Source: Anaerohalosphaeraceae bacterium (lineage in GTDB: Bacteria > Planctomycetota > Phycisphaerae > Sedimentisphaerales > Anaerohalosphaeraceae). Taken from it: a stretch of DNA of 64,000 nucleotides. Under the pieces are notes generated by a model. It was not told where the DNA came from and ran no database searches. It worked only from the letters and a program-made list of their open reading frames with translations. Shown here in pieces: positions 1 through 9,949 of this stretch; the stretch's first letter is position 1, and each line of letters opens with the position of its first letter. Position numbers and translations under genes: made by a program. Location of the stretch: positions 256,001 through 320,000 of the forward strand of contig CAXXSL010000013.1 in NCBI GenBank assembly GCA_963675525.2. The letters run 5' to 3'.

Positions 1-1168
1 CGAACAAACGCAAACCAAAGACCTTATGACCCTGAGACTTGACTGGGGGAAAAATAACATCCGGAAAAAAACGGCCATGGGCATGGCTTATGTCCAGAAA
101 GGTATTCGATGGATTCCCAATTATTGTGTCGAGATCGACGGCAAAGGAAATGCACATATCAAACTGCAGGCAACGATCATTAACGAATTGGCTGACCTTG
201 ACGATGTTAAAGCACATCTGGTAATTGGCGTACCCCGGTTTGCCTTTGCACACACAGCCGATCCTATTTCGCTGCAGGATACACTCGCACAGCTCTCCGG
301 CTATTTCAATGCCGATTCAAGTATGGGGTCTTCGCTCTCAAACGCTATTTGCACACAGGCTCGCTTTACGGAAATGCCCGCCGTTCAAAGAGGAAACGAT
401 GTCTCACTTCCTGAACTTGACCAGACACAGGGCCGTGAAGATCTATTTGTGTTTTCTCTGGACCATATCAATTTAAAAAAAGGTCAGCGCATGGTGCTGC
501 CCATTGCCGAATATACGCTACCCTATGAAGACCTCTATGTTGTCGACCTTCCTTTCTCGCCTCCCATGGAGCTTCGGCGCAATTTTAACACTCAGCAACA
601 CCTCCAACTGGCTAAACTATTCCATGCTCCCAAAGCCATGCATACAATCCGACTGGAGAATACATCACGCTATCCTTTGACAACGGCTCCTGCAACCATT
701 TTCAAGGGACAGACGATACTGGCACAGGGAATGATGCAGTACACCGCGATCGGCGCTAAAGGAAATCTTGAAATCACAAACGCCGTCAATATTGATGTCA
801 AAAAGACGGATACACAAGTCAATCAAATTCCCAATGCACAAAACTGGAACGGCAATTCCTATTCAAAAGTCGAAATGCTGGGCACAATTGAACTTACAAA
901 TTACTCGGACAAAGCCGTACAAATTCAGGTAAACCGTTCTGTCCTCGGCAATCTTGACCAGGCCTCCGACAACGGAGATATCCGGCAACTGGGGCACGGC
1001 TATGACGGACTTGTCTTCGATGACGGTCTGCCCTTCTGGTGGAACTGGTGCAGCTGGCCCTGGTGGTGGTATCACTTCAATAGCATCGGGCAGGCGAACT
1101 GGACAGTCCGTCTTGAACCCGCTGAAACAATCAAATTGAATTACAACTGGCACTATTACTGGCAATAG
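1..1168 (+). CDS. DUF4139-like protein, 5'-truncated by the window edge
   Basis: The frame is open upstream of ATG 26 (EQTQTKDL-M). 'MAYVQKGIRWIPNY', 'LVIGVPRF' and 'LENTSRYPLTTAPATIF..GMMQYT' resemble the C-terminal beta region of DUF4139. Lies in an operon with another DUF4139 gene. Confidence 0.6.
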   Translation, partial: EQTQTKDLMTLRLDWGKNNIRKKTAMGMAYVQKGIRWIPNYCVEIDGKGNAHIKLQATIINELADLDDVKAHLVIGVPRFAFAHTADPISLQDTLAQLSGYFNADSSMGSSLSNAICTQARFTEMPAVQRGNDVSLPELDQTQGREDLFVFSLDHINLKKGQRMVLPIAEYTLPYEDLYVVDLPFSPPMELRRNFNTQQHLQLAKLFHAPKAMHTIRLENTSRYPLTTAPATIFKGQTILAQGMMQYTAIGAKGNLEITNAVNIDVKKTDTQVNQIPNAQNWNGNSYSKVEMLGTIELTNYSDKAVQIQVNRSVLGNLDQASDNGDIRQLGHGYDGLVFDDGLPFWWNWCSWPWWWYHFNSIGQANWTVRLEPAETIKLNYNWHYYWQ

Positions 1169-1194
1169 AGTTCAAATAAGAAAGGAAACAAATC

Positions 1195-2511
1195 ATGAAA
1201 ACGCTCAATTCAACAATTCGATTTATCTGTCTGACGCTGGTATTGGCAAGTGCGGTCAGTTTTGCCGCTACTGTCACGGTCACCACTGAGACAGACCGGC
1301 CCGTTGCTTTGGCGGGCCAGACACAGACGGTTTATCTTCGCATCGGCCTGACCGGCTGCGGCGCAGAGGTCTTCAAAGAGCGGGCTCCTGTCAATGTGGC
1401 CATCGTCATTGACAAGTCCGGTTCGATGTCGGGTGAAAAAATGGAAAAAGCCAAAGAAGCCGCCATCCTCGCACTGTATCGGCTCAAATCCAGCGACATC
1501 GTGTCGGTCGTGCTGTATGACAGCGATGTGGAGGTATTGGTTCCCGCAACCAAGATGACAAAACGAAACGACATCATCCGTAAAATCCGTCAGGTTCGGG
1601 CAGGCGGCTCGACCGCATTGTACGCAGGCGTGCAAAACGGAGCCGATGAACTTCGCAAGTTTTTGTCGAAAAATCGTGTCAATCGCATCGTACTGCTCAG
1701 CGACGGGCTGGCCAATGTCGGGCCTGAAAGCCCCTCGGCACTGGGGCAGCTCGGCGCCAATTTAGCCGATGAAGGCATCTCTGTAACCACCATCGGGCTG
1801 GGGCTGGGGTACAATGAAGACCTGATGAGCCAGTTAGCCTACCGCAGCGACGGTGGACATTACTTTGCCGAGGATGCCGATGAGCTGGCGGGCGTATTCG
1901 ATCAGGAATTCGGGCGAGCGCTGTCCGTTGTTGCACAACAGGTCCGCATCGAGGTCATTTGCGGCGAAGACATGCGTCCCGTACGTATTCTCGGCCGTGA
2001 AGGGACGATCAAAGACCGCTCGGTTTATCTGGACATTCAAAACATCTACAGCGAACACGAAAAATACGCCATCCTTGAAGTGGAAATTCCCGCTCAGGCC
2101 AATGATAAAAGCCGTGAACTGGCCTGTGTCCGCGTGAAGTATCAGGACATGAAAACAAGTACAGCTCAACAATCCAGCCATGCCTGCGAGATCCGTTTCA
2201 GCGATTCAAAAAAAGAGGTTGAAAAAAATATGAACAAACGTGTATTAGCTGATGCGGTCGAACAAATTGCCATTGAAAATAACCAGCGGGCACTGTCGCT
2301 GCGGGACAAAGGACAAACCGAAGAAGCTAAACAGGTGCTTTACGAAAACGCACATTACCTCCGCTCCAACGCCGGATCCCTCAATAGTAAAAAACTCGGC
2401 AAGTATGCCGACGAAAATGAGACCGATGCGGATAATCTTGATGAGGAAAACTGGACTCGACAGCGGAAAGTAATGCGCGAAAGTCAAGGCTCCCGTCAAA
2501 CACAGCGATAA
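1195..2511 (+). CDS. Secreted von Willebrand factor A (VWA) domain protein, YfbK-like
   Basis: Signal peptide; MIDAS motif DKSGSM, 'GGSTAL', 'LLSDGLANVG', 'TTIGLGLGYNEDLM'; RBS AAGGA. Confidence 0.85.
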   Translation: MKTLNSTIRFICLTLVLASAVSFAATVTVTTETDRPVALAGQTQTVYLRIGLTGCGAEVFKERAPVNVAIVIDKSGSMSGEKMEKAKEAAILALYRLKSSDIVSVVLYDSDVEVLVPATKMTKRNDIIRKIRQVRAGGSTALYAGVQNGADELRKFLSKNRVNRIVLLSDGLANVGPESPSALGQLGANLADEGISVTTIGLGLGYNEDLMSQLAYRSDGGHYFAEDADELAGVFDQEFGRALSVVAQQVRIEVICGEDMRPVRILGREGTIKDRSVYLDIQNIYSEHEKYAILEVEIPAQANDKSRELACVRVKYQDMKTSTAQQSSHACEIRFSDSKKEVEKNMNKRVLADAVEQIAIENNQRALSLRDKGQTEEAKQVLYENAHYLRSNAGSLNSKKLGKYADENETDADNLDEENWTRQRKVMRESQGSRQTQR

Positions 2512-2541
2512 CAACATAACCTTTATTCAAAGGAGAGAAAA

Positions 2542-4356
2542 ATGAAAACAGTATTAATCTTCATTCTATTGGGCCTGATAAGTCTTCCGGCCATTGCTGA
2601 ACCGCAAGTCAATGACGGAACGATTGCGGATGTGATTGTCTATCACGGACAGGCACTGGTCACCCGCACCATTGAATTAGATAAAACCACCGGTGACATC
2701 GAACTGCTGGTGGAAAATCTGCCCGAACAAATCTTGCCGGAAAGCCTGTATGCCCAGTCCAATAATGGTACACAGGTGCTTTCGGTGCGTTACCGTGTTA
2801 AAGAAATCAAAAAAGATACACGGGCGGAAGTCAAAGCCATTGATGAAAAAATCGAACAGCTTCAAATAGATATTTATCAAGCCAAACGTGACCATGACTT
2901 CATGGAATCAATGTGGAACAAGTTTTCCAAAATGTGGGAGTTAAGTTTTGAAGGTGCCAATATTTCACTCGACCGCGCAGCCTTCTCATCAGAAAGCATG
3001 AAAGATTTTACCGGTTACCTTGATGAGAAAAACACCCATTACTACAATGAATCCGTTCGTTTGGAACAGCTTAAAAAACAACTCGAAAAACAGCTTGCCA
3101 AACTAAACCGAAAAAAGAAAGAATTGGATCGTCAGCATAAACGCATGATTCGCCAGGCACTGATATATCTTCACATTCCCGAAACCGCCGCGTCAAACGT
3201 TGTGCAGTTTAGCTACCTGGTTAATGATGCCGACTGGTCTCCGCAGTACAATCTGAAAGCCGAGCCGGACAAAAGCCAGGTCCGCACGGAATATAACGCC
3301 ATTGTGCATCAATCCTCCGGTGAGGATTGGAACAATGCCGTTTTGGCATTGAGTACCGCGGTACCCGCTTTGGTCGCCAGTCCAGCGGAATTGGAACCGA
3401 TGAAAATCGGGCTTGCTTCCGCCGGGTCCGGATATCGCGGCAGAAGGGTTTTTGTCGGCAAAGGATTGATGGATTCACCTCAAGAAGGTATCGCAGGGGC
3501 ACCACAAAATGGGGAAGTCATTTATTCCTATGGCAGTCAGACCGAAGAATACGGAGCGTTAGTTCAATCGCGTCGAGACAATATCTCCCTCGGCATCAAG
3601 GCACAGCAGGAATTGAACACCATTGCCATCAATAACCAGATGATTGAATTTGAAGCTGATAAACGTATGGTCAAGCAATTGAACGAAAAGGCTGTTGCCA
3701 TCCGCCGGACCGAAGGGGTTAGCGTGATGTACAGATTGCCCGGTAAGTTGACTTTGCCCAGCAAATCCGATCAGCAGTTAGTAACAATTGCCTCGCTCAA
3801 GACTCCGGCCCAATTCGTCTTTGTCGCCGCCCCGCTGCTGACTGACTATGTCTATCTGCAAGCCGATATCACCAATGACAGTGATACGATTCTGCTGCCC
3901 GGCCCGGCCGATATGTTCCGTAACGGCCAATTCGTCGGCAAAGGCGACATGACACTGGCGACCATCGGGCAAAGCTTTACAATTGGTTTCGGTGTGGATT
4001 CGCAGATTCAGGTCACACGCGAGTTCAAGGACAAAAAGACGAACACCTTCCTCGGTAATCGCATCGATGAAAATTACTACCGCCTGGCAATCAATAATTA
4101 CTACGACAAAGCGGTCGCCCTGAGACTGTTCGAACGTCTGCCATGGACCGAAAACAAAGAGTTGGCGATTGAACTGACCAACAACTCACATCCGTTAAGC
4201 ACCGATGCTGAATACTTGCGCACCGAAAAAGACGAGGGTATCCTGCGATGGGACCTGGACCTAAAACCCAATACCACCGGGCAAAATGCAACAATTGTCA
4301 ATTACGCCTTCACGCTGAAATATGACAATGATATGACCATTCGTACGGTACAGTAA
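2542..4356 (+). CDS. DUF4140/DUF4139 protein (mucoidy inhibitor MuiA-like)
   Basis: Signal peptide; 'VIVYHGQALVTR', coiled coil, 'SYLVNDADWSPQYNL', 'QSSGEDW', 'LLPGPADMF', 'FGVD'; RBS AAGGAG. Confidence 0.8.
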   Translation: MKTVLIFILLGLISLPAIAEPQVNDGTIADVIVYHGQALVTRTIELDKTTGDIELLVENLPEQILPESLYAQSNNGTQVLSVRYRVKEIKKDTRAEVKAIDEKIEQLQIDIYQAKRDHDFMESMWNKFSKMWELSFEGANISLDRAAFSSESMKDFTGYLDEKNTHYYNESVRLEQLKKQLEKQLAKLNRKKKELDRQHKRMIRQALIYLHIPETAASNVVQFSYLVNDADWSPQYNLKAEPDKSQVRTEYNAIVHQSSGEDWNNAVLALSTAVPALVASPAELEPMKIGLASAGSGYRGRRVFVGKGLMDSPQEGIAGAPQNGEVIYSYGSQTEEYGALVQSRRDNISLGIKAQQELNTIAINNQMIEFEADKRMVKQLNEKAVAIRRTEGVSVMYRLPGKLTLPSKSDQQLVTIASLKTPAQFVFVAAPLLTDYVYLQADITNDSDTILLPGPADMFRNGQFVGKGDMTLATIGQSFTIGFGVDSQIQVTREFKDKKTNTFLGNRIDENYYRLAINNYYDKAVALRLFERLPWTENKELAIELTNNSHPLSTDAEYLRTEKDEGILRWDLDLKPNTTGQNATIVNYAFTLKYDNDMTIRTVQ

Positions 4357-4373
4357 GATTACCTTCGATATTG

Positions 4374-4413
4374 AACTACCGCGGTTGATCTGCCGCCGCG
4401 GCAGTTTTTATTT
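4374..4413 (+). terminator. Probable intrinsic terminator
   Basis: Stem aact(a)ccgcgg / ccgcgg(c)agtt followed by a T-rich tract, just after the stop at 4356. Confidence 0.55.
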
Positions 4414-4546
4414 ATAGACTGCCACACTATCACGATATGCGGTTCGTTTACCCCATTAAATAGTCTTGCTTTTTTTATGCCGCTGATTATACTTTTGGAC
4501 ATGTATTCTATTCGCAATGCATGTACGACTATTTATTGGGGATTAT

Positions 4547-6091
4547 ATGTACACAACACTGATGAATAAAGCCAGGCTTAATCTCATCGTATCCGTATGT
4601 ATTTGTATCTTTCCAACCGCTTTATCGGCCAGTGACAAGAAACCCGACAATCGTTATTTTACCACAGCCCAAACCTGTATGGACACCTTGATTAAACACG
4701 GCACAGATACCTGTGGTTCATTGAAAACGCCCTTATTCGCCAGTATTCTTGATGTAAATTCACTCAATTGCCCGGAGCATCCGCTGGAGTTAGATGAATC
4801 ATGGCGTGTCATTCGACGCGAACGTCGTAATCCGGCAGGCGCCAATCTGCTTGTCGACCAGCCGCTGATTAAATCACTGGATGTAATGTCGCAACTGTCT
4901 GGTAAGCCGGTTTATTGCCAAGCGGCCCAGCGCTATGTCGATTATTATCTTAAAAATCTCGTCGACCCTAAGGGGCTTATCTGGTGGGGATGGCACAGGC
5001 ATTATGATATTTACAAAGATATCATGACCGGCCATGAGGCAAATTGGCATGAGATCCATGCCAATGTCAGTATTCAATGGGACATCCTCTGGCAAATAAA
5101 TCCGACGGTCGTAAAAAAAGAAATTGAGGCTGTTTGGGAATGGCATGTGATCGATAAAAATATCGGCGAGATAAACCGGCACGATGATAAACAGCACGGT
5201 TGTGATTTTACGCTGTCGGCCGGAAGTATCATCGAAGCATTTGCCTTTCTCTATACCAAAACCAACGATGCTGTCTGGCTTAACCGAGCCCGGCTCATTG
5301 CCGATTATTACTGGAATTTCCGTAATCCGAAAACCAATCTTATTCCCGAACGACCCAATGCGGGACATGATCGTTTTGACGGCAGTGCATTTGTCACCAA
5401 TACTACAGGGCCCTACTGTCACAGTCTTTTGCGAACTTACCTCATGACACAGGACAGCGTCTTCAAAGACCAGACGCTTGCTTATTTAAAGGCTTACGCA
5501 CAATACGGCTATGATGAGACTGGTGGCAAATTTTGGGGAGCTCTGCACCTCGACGGCTCACCGATTCACGGCCCGCGCATCGACAGTGGTTACGGGGAAT
5601 ATGAACCCAGGGGGTACATGGATTTATGGGAACCCTATGTCCTTGGATACCAGTATCCGCTCGAAACCGCGCAGTGTTATGCCATGGCATACCGGATTAC
5701 ACAGGATCCGGCAATGTTTTTAACGGCAAAACGTTTTGCGGACTGGATCGAAAAAACACCCATTTCCGCGATTGAGACTCCTCGAACTTGGTATACGGAT
5801 TATACCCTGCAGTACGGGACTCAGGGAACGTATGCTGACAAGTACGGCCGCGCGATTTCATTCTTTATCAGCATGCATGCATCAACCGGAGAGCAGAAAT
5901 ACCAACAGCTTGCTCGGCATTTCGCAGATGAGGCGATTGACAATCTGTATGTCAACGGCCTGTTTAAGGGGCATCCGGCCAAGCCGTATTATGAATCCGT
6001 CGATGGTGTCGGGCTTCTTTTATATGCGTTAATTCAATTGGATCAGACTTTAAAAGGTAATCCGCAGGCCATTGATCTTGACAACTGGTAA
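4547..6091 (+). CDS. Secreted alpha/alpha-barrel polysaccharide lyase, PL2 (periplasmic pectate lyase)-like
   Basis: Signal peptide. 'GLIWWGWHRH..WHEIH..WEWHV..INRH' parallels the PL2 pattern 'GLFYWGGHRF..VHELK..WHAHV..GRH'. Start could be 4517 or 4547. Confidence 0.55.
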   Translation: MYTTLMNKARLNLIVSVCICIFPTALSASDKKPDNRYFTTAQTCMDTLIKHGTDTCGSLKTPLFASILDVNSLNCPEHPLELDESWRVIRRERRNPAGANLLVDQPLIKSLDVMSQLSGKPVYCQAAQRYVDYYLKNLVDPKGLIWWGWHRHYDIYKDIMTGHEANWHEIHANVSIQWDILWQINPTVVKKEIEAVWEWHVIDKNIGEINRHDDKQHGCDFTLSAGSIIEAFAFLYTKTNDAVWLNRARLIADYYWNFRNPKTNLIPERPNAGHDRFDGSAFVTNTTGPYCHSLLRTYLMTQDSVFKDQTLAYLKAYAQYGYDETGGKFWGALHLDGSPIHGPRIDSGYGEYEPRGYMDLWEPYVLGYQYPLETAQCYAMAYRITQDPAMFLTAKRFADWIEKTPISAIETPRTWYTDYTLQYGTQGTYADKYGRAISFFISMHASTGEQKYQQLARHFADEAIDNLYVNGLFKGHPAKPYYESVDGVGLLLYALIQLDQTLKGNPQAIDLDNW

Positions 6092-6176
6092 ACATTTCCA
6101 TTAAAACGGCATCACGATCATATCGTTAGCACTGCCGGAGGGAATTCGGCCGCAACAACTTCTTCGAAGAGCTTGT

Positions 6177-7850
6177 TTATCGCAGTTTAAGCTGTTTGTA
6201 TTTGCCGCGGCGATGGGCGACGCGGTCGGGGTTTTCGGCGAGTACCGTTTCTTCGTACGTCGCGAAGTTGCCCACAAACCACCGGGTTTTGCCATCGCCT
6301 TCAAAAATCAGCAGGTGCGTACAAATGCGGTCGAGGAAAAACCGGTCGTGACTGATGACCATCGCGCTGCCCTGAAAATCAAGAATCGACTGCTCCAGCA
6401 CGCGCATGGTGTTGACATCCAGATCGTTGGTCGGTTCGTCAAGCAAGAGCAGGTTGCCGCCGCGGCGGAGCATTTTGGCCAGATGAATGCGGTTGCGTTC
6501 GCCGCCGGAGCATTCAGATGTTTTTTTCTGCTGCTGGGTCTTGCGGAAATTAAACTTGGCGACATAGGCCCGCGCGTTGACTTCTTTGCCGCCGACGTCG
6601 ATGATGTCCTTGCCGTCGGTAATCTCCTCGAAGATGGTGCGATCGGGGTCAATCGCATCGCGATGCTGGTCCACATAGCCGATGGAGACGGTCGGGCCGA
6701 TATCAATCGTGCCGGAGTCGGGTTTTTCCTGACCGGTCATCATGCGAAACAGCGTGGTCTTGCCGATGCCGTTGGGGCCGATGACGCCGACGATAGCATT
6801 GGGCGGCAATTCGAACGAACACTTGTCAATCAGCAGATTGCCGTCAAAGCCCTTGCTGACATCATGGAACGAAATCGCTTTTTCGCCGAGCCGCTGACCG
6901 GAAGGGATTTGTATCAGCACATCACTGCGGGCCGCTTCGGCGGAACGGGCGGCTAATTCCTCATAGGCATTGATACGCGCCTGGTTTTTCTGGTTTCGGG
7001 CCTTGACGGACGTATTGATCCAGTTCAGCTCACGGGCAAGTGTCTTCTGCCGCTGCGATTCCTGCTTTTCGGTGATGCGCAGGATTTCGGCTTTCTGGGC
7101 CAGCCACGATGAGTAGTTGCCCTCAAACGGCAGGCCGCGGCAATTTTCAAGTTCCAGAATCCACTTGGTGATATTGTCAAGAAAATAGCGGTCGTGCGTG
7201 ACGATGATGACGGTGCCGTGATATTCGCGCAGTGCCTGTTCGAGCCACTGAACGGTTTCGGCATCGAGATGGTTGGTCGGCTCATCGAGCAGCAGCAGGT
7301 CGGGCTTTTCGAGCAGGGCCATGCACAGCGCGACGCGTCGGCGTTCCCCGCCGGAGAGCCGCCCTACCGGCGCATCGTCCGGCGGCAAAACCATTGCGTC
7401 GGAGACGATATCCATCAGGCGGTCGGTTTCCCAACCGTCGCAGGCGTCGATCTTGTCCTGCAGGGTGCCCATTTCCTCGAGCAGTTTATCCATATCGTCG
7501 TCGGGTCCGAGGTCACCCATCTTTTCGGAGATTTCGTTGAAGCGGTCAAGCATGTCCAGCGTGGGCCTGATGGCCATTTTCAGATGGTCGCGGACGGTTT
7601 TATCCAGTTCCAATTCCGGTTCCTGGGCGACGTATTTGATCGTCATTTTGGACGCAAGCTTGGTATCGCCCTGGAAATCTTTATCGATTCCGGCCATGAT
7701 CTTGAGCAGTGTGCTCTTGCCGGAGCCGTTTTCGCCGATGACGCCGATCTTGGCGCCGTAAAAAAACGACAGGGAAATGTCGCGCAGGACATCTTTGTCA
7801 CCGTAACTCTTGCAGACATTGTTCATTTCAAACACAAACTTCGGAGGCAT
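6177..7850 (-). CDS. ettA: Energy-dependent translational throttle protein EttA (ABC-F ATPase)
   Basis: 'ISLSFFYGAKIGVIGENGSGKSTLLKIMAG', two ABC domains, 'LSGGERRRVALC', 'FEGNYSSWL', 'SGGERNRIHLAK'; no transmembrane segments. Confidence 0.92.
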   Translation of the reverse strand: MPPKFVFEMNNVCKSYGDKDVLRDISLSFFYGAKIGVIGENGSGKSTLLKIMAGIDKDFQGDTKLASKMTIKYVAQEPELELDKTVRDHLKMAIRPTLDMLDRFNEISEKMGDLGPDDDMDKLLEEMGTLQDKIDACDGWETDRLMDIVSDAMVLPPDDAPVGRLSGGERRRVALCMALLEKPDLLLLDEPTNHLDAETVQWLEQALREYHGTVIIVTHDRYFLDNITKWILELENCRGLPFEGNYSSWLAQKAEILRITEKQESQRQKTLARELNWINTSVKARNQKNQARINAYEELAARSAEAARSDVLIQIPSGQRLGEKAISFHDVSKGFDGNLLIDKCSFELPPNAIVGVIGPNGIGKTTLFRMMTGQEKPDSGTIDIGPTVSIGYVDQHRDAIDPDRTIFEEITDGKDIIDVGGKEVNARAYVAKFNFRKTQQQKKTSECSGGERNRIHLAKMLRRGGNLLLLDEPTNDLDVNTMRVLEQSILDFQGSAMVISHDRFFLDRICTHLLIFEGDGKTRWFVGNFATYEETVLAENPDRVAHRRGKYKQLKLR

Positions 7851-7979
7851 CGCTTATTATTCCTTATGATAAGATCGGGCAGAAGAATGTGAATCGCCTC
7901 CGGATCGCTGTCCGGGGTGACATTCCTTCGCTCAGAATGAGATTGCTGATGGCCGGGTTTTGGCCGGGCGACGGGGCGA

Positions 7980-8078
7980 TTATTTATTCTTCTTTTCCTT
8001 TTTCAACTTTTGTTTTTCCTTTTGAGTCAACTTGGGTTGTTTTTTGGCTTCTTTTTTGCCCTTATTTTTTTCGCCCAT
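7980..8078 (-). CDS. Small Lys-rich protein, 32 aa (MGEKNKGKKEAKKQPKLTQKEKQKLKKEKKNK)
   Basis: Translated by hand; too short for the ORF track. AAGGAG lies 8 nt before the ATG, TAA is at 7982-7980, and 15 of 32 residues are Lys. Confidence 0.7.
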   Translation of the reverse strand: MGEKNKGKKEAKKQPKLTQKEKQKLKKEKKNK

Positions 8079-8214
8079 ATCTGTTACTCCTTTTTTTTGA
8101 TTACGTTATTACACTGATTATGCCGCCTATATAACACGTTCGGCCTGTTTCTTCAATATTAATCCGCCGGGTGAAAATTAAAACTCCCGAAATGCTCAGC
8201 AGAAAAGCTCTTAT

Positions 8215-8310
8215 TCTGTCGCCCCTTCGGGGCTCAATACGAAAAATAATCCCCGCTTTCCGGGGGCTTACTCCGCCCGGCTACTATACTATGACCCCTT
8301 CGGGGTCTGG
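8215..8310. repeat. REP-like palindromic repeat unit
   Basis: Hairpins gcccc-ttc-ggggc, ccggg..cccgg and gacccc-ttc-ggggtc; similar to units at 46670-46760 and 59190-59417. Confidence 0.7.
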
Positions 8311-8365
8311 AAAAAATTGTTTTCTACAGAGCCCTCCGAAAGCCTTGATTCTCGCTTAAACATCT

Positions 8366-8911
8366 TCAACGATACGTATTGTAGCTCAGGATTTCATCGA
8401 GGGGTTTTCTGTTTTTGTGCGGAATCGTATCGTCCGCGGAAAAACCGACGGAAATAATCAGCTCGACCCGCCGGGGCCGGGGGATTGACAGTGTTTTCCT
8501 GACGCCAGTTTCATTGAACCAGCCCAGCATGCAGGTTCCCAGCCCTTCTTCGGCGGCTTGCAGACAAAAATGCTCGGCCGCAATCCCGATATCCATCTGG
8601 CTGAAGTTTTTCCGTTTGACCAGTCCGGCGATTTTAGCAGATGCTTTTTGCCGCTCGGAAACAATTAACACCAGCGCCGGAGCGTTAAAGACAAAGTGAT
8701 TAAACTTCAGGATTCCCTCGAAAGCGGCTTTTGCCAACTTCTTTAGAAGCTCAGGGTCATCTGCAACGATAAACTTCCACGGCTGCGAATTGCACGCTGA
8801 CGGAGCCAGCCGGGCCGCCTCGATACACCGATTCATCGTGTCCTGTGCAACCGGCGTATTTTTGTAATTCCGGACGCTGTATCGTTTATTGGCTAAATCC
8901 AGAAAACTCAT
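8366..8911 (-). CDS. Nitroreductase family protein
   Basis: 'RYSVRNY', 'ARLAPSACNSQPWKF', 'DIGIAAEHFCLQAAEEGLGTCMLG'. Confidence 0.92.
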   Translation of the reverse strand: MSFLDLANKRYSVRNYKNTPVAQDTMNRCIEAARLAPSACNSQPWKFIVADDPELLKKLAKAAFEGILKFNHFVFNAPALVLIVSERQKASAKIAGLVKRKNFSQMDIGIAAEHFCLQAAEEGLGTCMLGWFNETGVRKTLSIPRPRRVELIISVGFSADDTIPHKNRKPLDEILSYNTYR

Positions 8912-9012
8912 ATCGTATCCCTTTTTGCATTTGGTTGTAATATTATTTTAAGGGTGCATCTAAAACTCTCGGAGCCTTTAATTGTTCCTTCGGTAGCTGC
9001 CACCGGCTGGAA

Positions 9013-9531
9013 TTAGTTTTCCATATCTAAATACTTAATCAAGGTATCTATTGATTTTGCTATCTTACGAACATGATCATTTTCATGGTTATTGATTAAA
9101 TCTAGGAACTGCATACAATCTTCCGGTTCAATCATGTTTATATATAACAATTGATCAATAATTTCGACACAACAGTTCTGAACACCCTCGTCAGGGTATT
9201 CGATGAATTCTTGAATCCAAGGTAAAACTCGTCGGTCAGAAATATATTTAAGTAAATACACAGCATTTCTTTTGTCTTCAATAGATTTACTATTTGTAAA
9301 AATCTCATAACAACGGTGAATTGCAGATGAAGGTTTCAGCATCATAAGCACACATCGTGCCAATTCACAACCTGGCTCATATGAAATATAATAATCGACT
9401 GCACCTCGAAGATTGTCTTCACCTAAAAGAATCTCCAATGCTTTTTTTGCATCATTTAAGCTTGCTCTCTCCCCATCCTCACCAAAAAGTTTTAAACTTT
9501 CTGCAATTTCTTCCCAGTTAAATGTTTTCAT
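9013..9531 (-). CDS. Hypothetical all-helical (HEAT-like) protein, AT-rich
   Basis: 172-aa ORF with a helical repeat pattern ('DEGVQNCCVEIIDQL', 'ENDHVRKIA'); clearly lower GC than neighbours. Confidence 0.6.
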   Translation of the reverse strand: MKTFNWEEIAESLKLFGEDGERASLNDAKKALEILLGEDNLRGAVDYYISYEPGCELARCVLMMLKPSSAIHRCYEIFTNSKSIEDKRNAVYLLKYISDRRVLPWIQEFIEYPDEGVQNCCVEIIDQLLYINMIEPEDCMQFLDLINNHENDHVRKIAKSIDTLIKYLDMEN

Positions 9532-9775
9532 TTTTCCAGTCCCGTTTCGATTTTTACAAAGTTATTGTCGACGGGTGGCAGCCACTGAATCCGACAGGAT
9601 GAAGTGAATGGTTCCGTCTTTTCTTTGCATATCCTTTCACTCACTTCGCTTAGATTAAAATGTATTCGGCGGATGTGCAAGCGACCTTTTCCATAGCTTG
9701 CTATTATAACCAAAATCGACAACCCGGCAAGCACAATCCCACTCTCAGTGGCATCAGCAGGTATCACGTCGGCGT

Positions 9776-9803
9776 CTGGATGCCGGATCGAGTCCGGCAT
9801 GAC
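9776..9803. repeat. Small palindromic repeat (..atgac family)
   Basis: atgccgga-tcgag-tccggcat-gac hairpin; related ends at 7921-7940, 46570-46596, 48178-48203, 54215-54242, 55575-55601. Confidence 0.6.
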
Positions 9804-9949
9804 ATGGCGCCTGCTGCGCAGGCTCTGGGAGGGAGTGGATATCGATCTAATCCCACGGGCTCGCACCCGGGGCTGTTATGAGGCCATCTTACAAGTCTTA
9901 TATTTTAAAACCAACAATTTTTTTGTTTTTTACTTCATATCGATATTCC

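Noticed and set aside
7889..8134. 81-aa Phe-rich plus-strand ORF
   Set aside because: It is the reverse complement of the Lys-rich ORF, which has the clear RBS.
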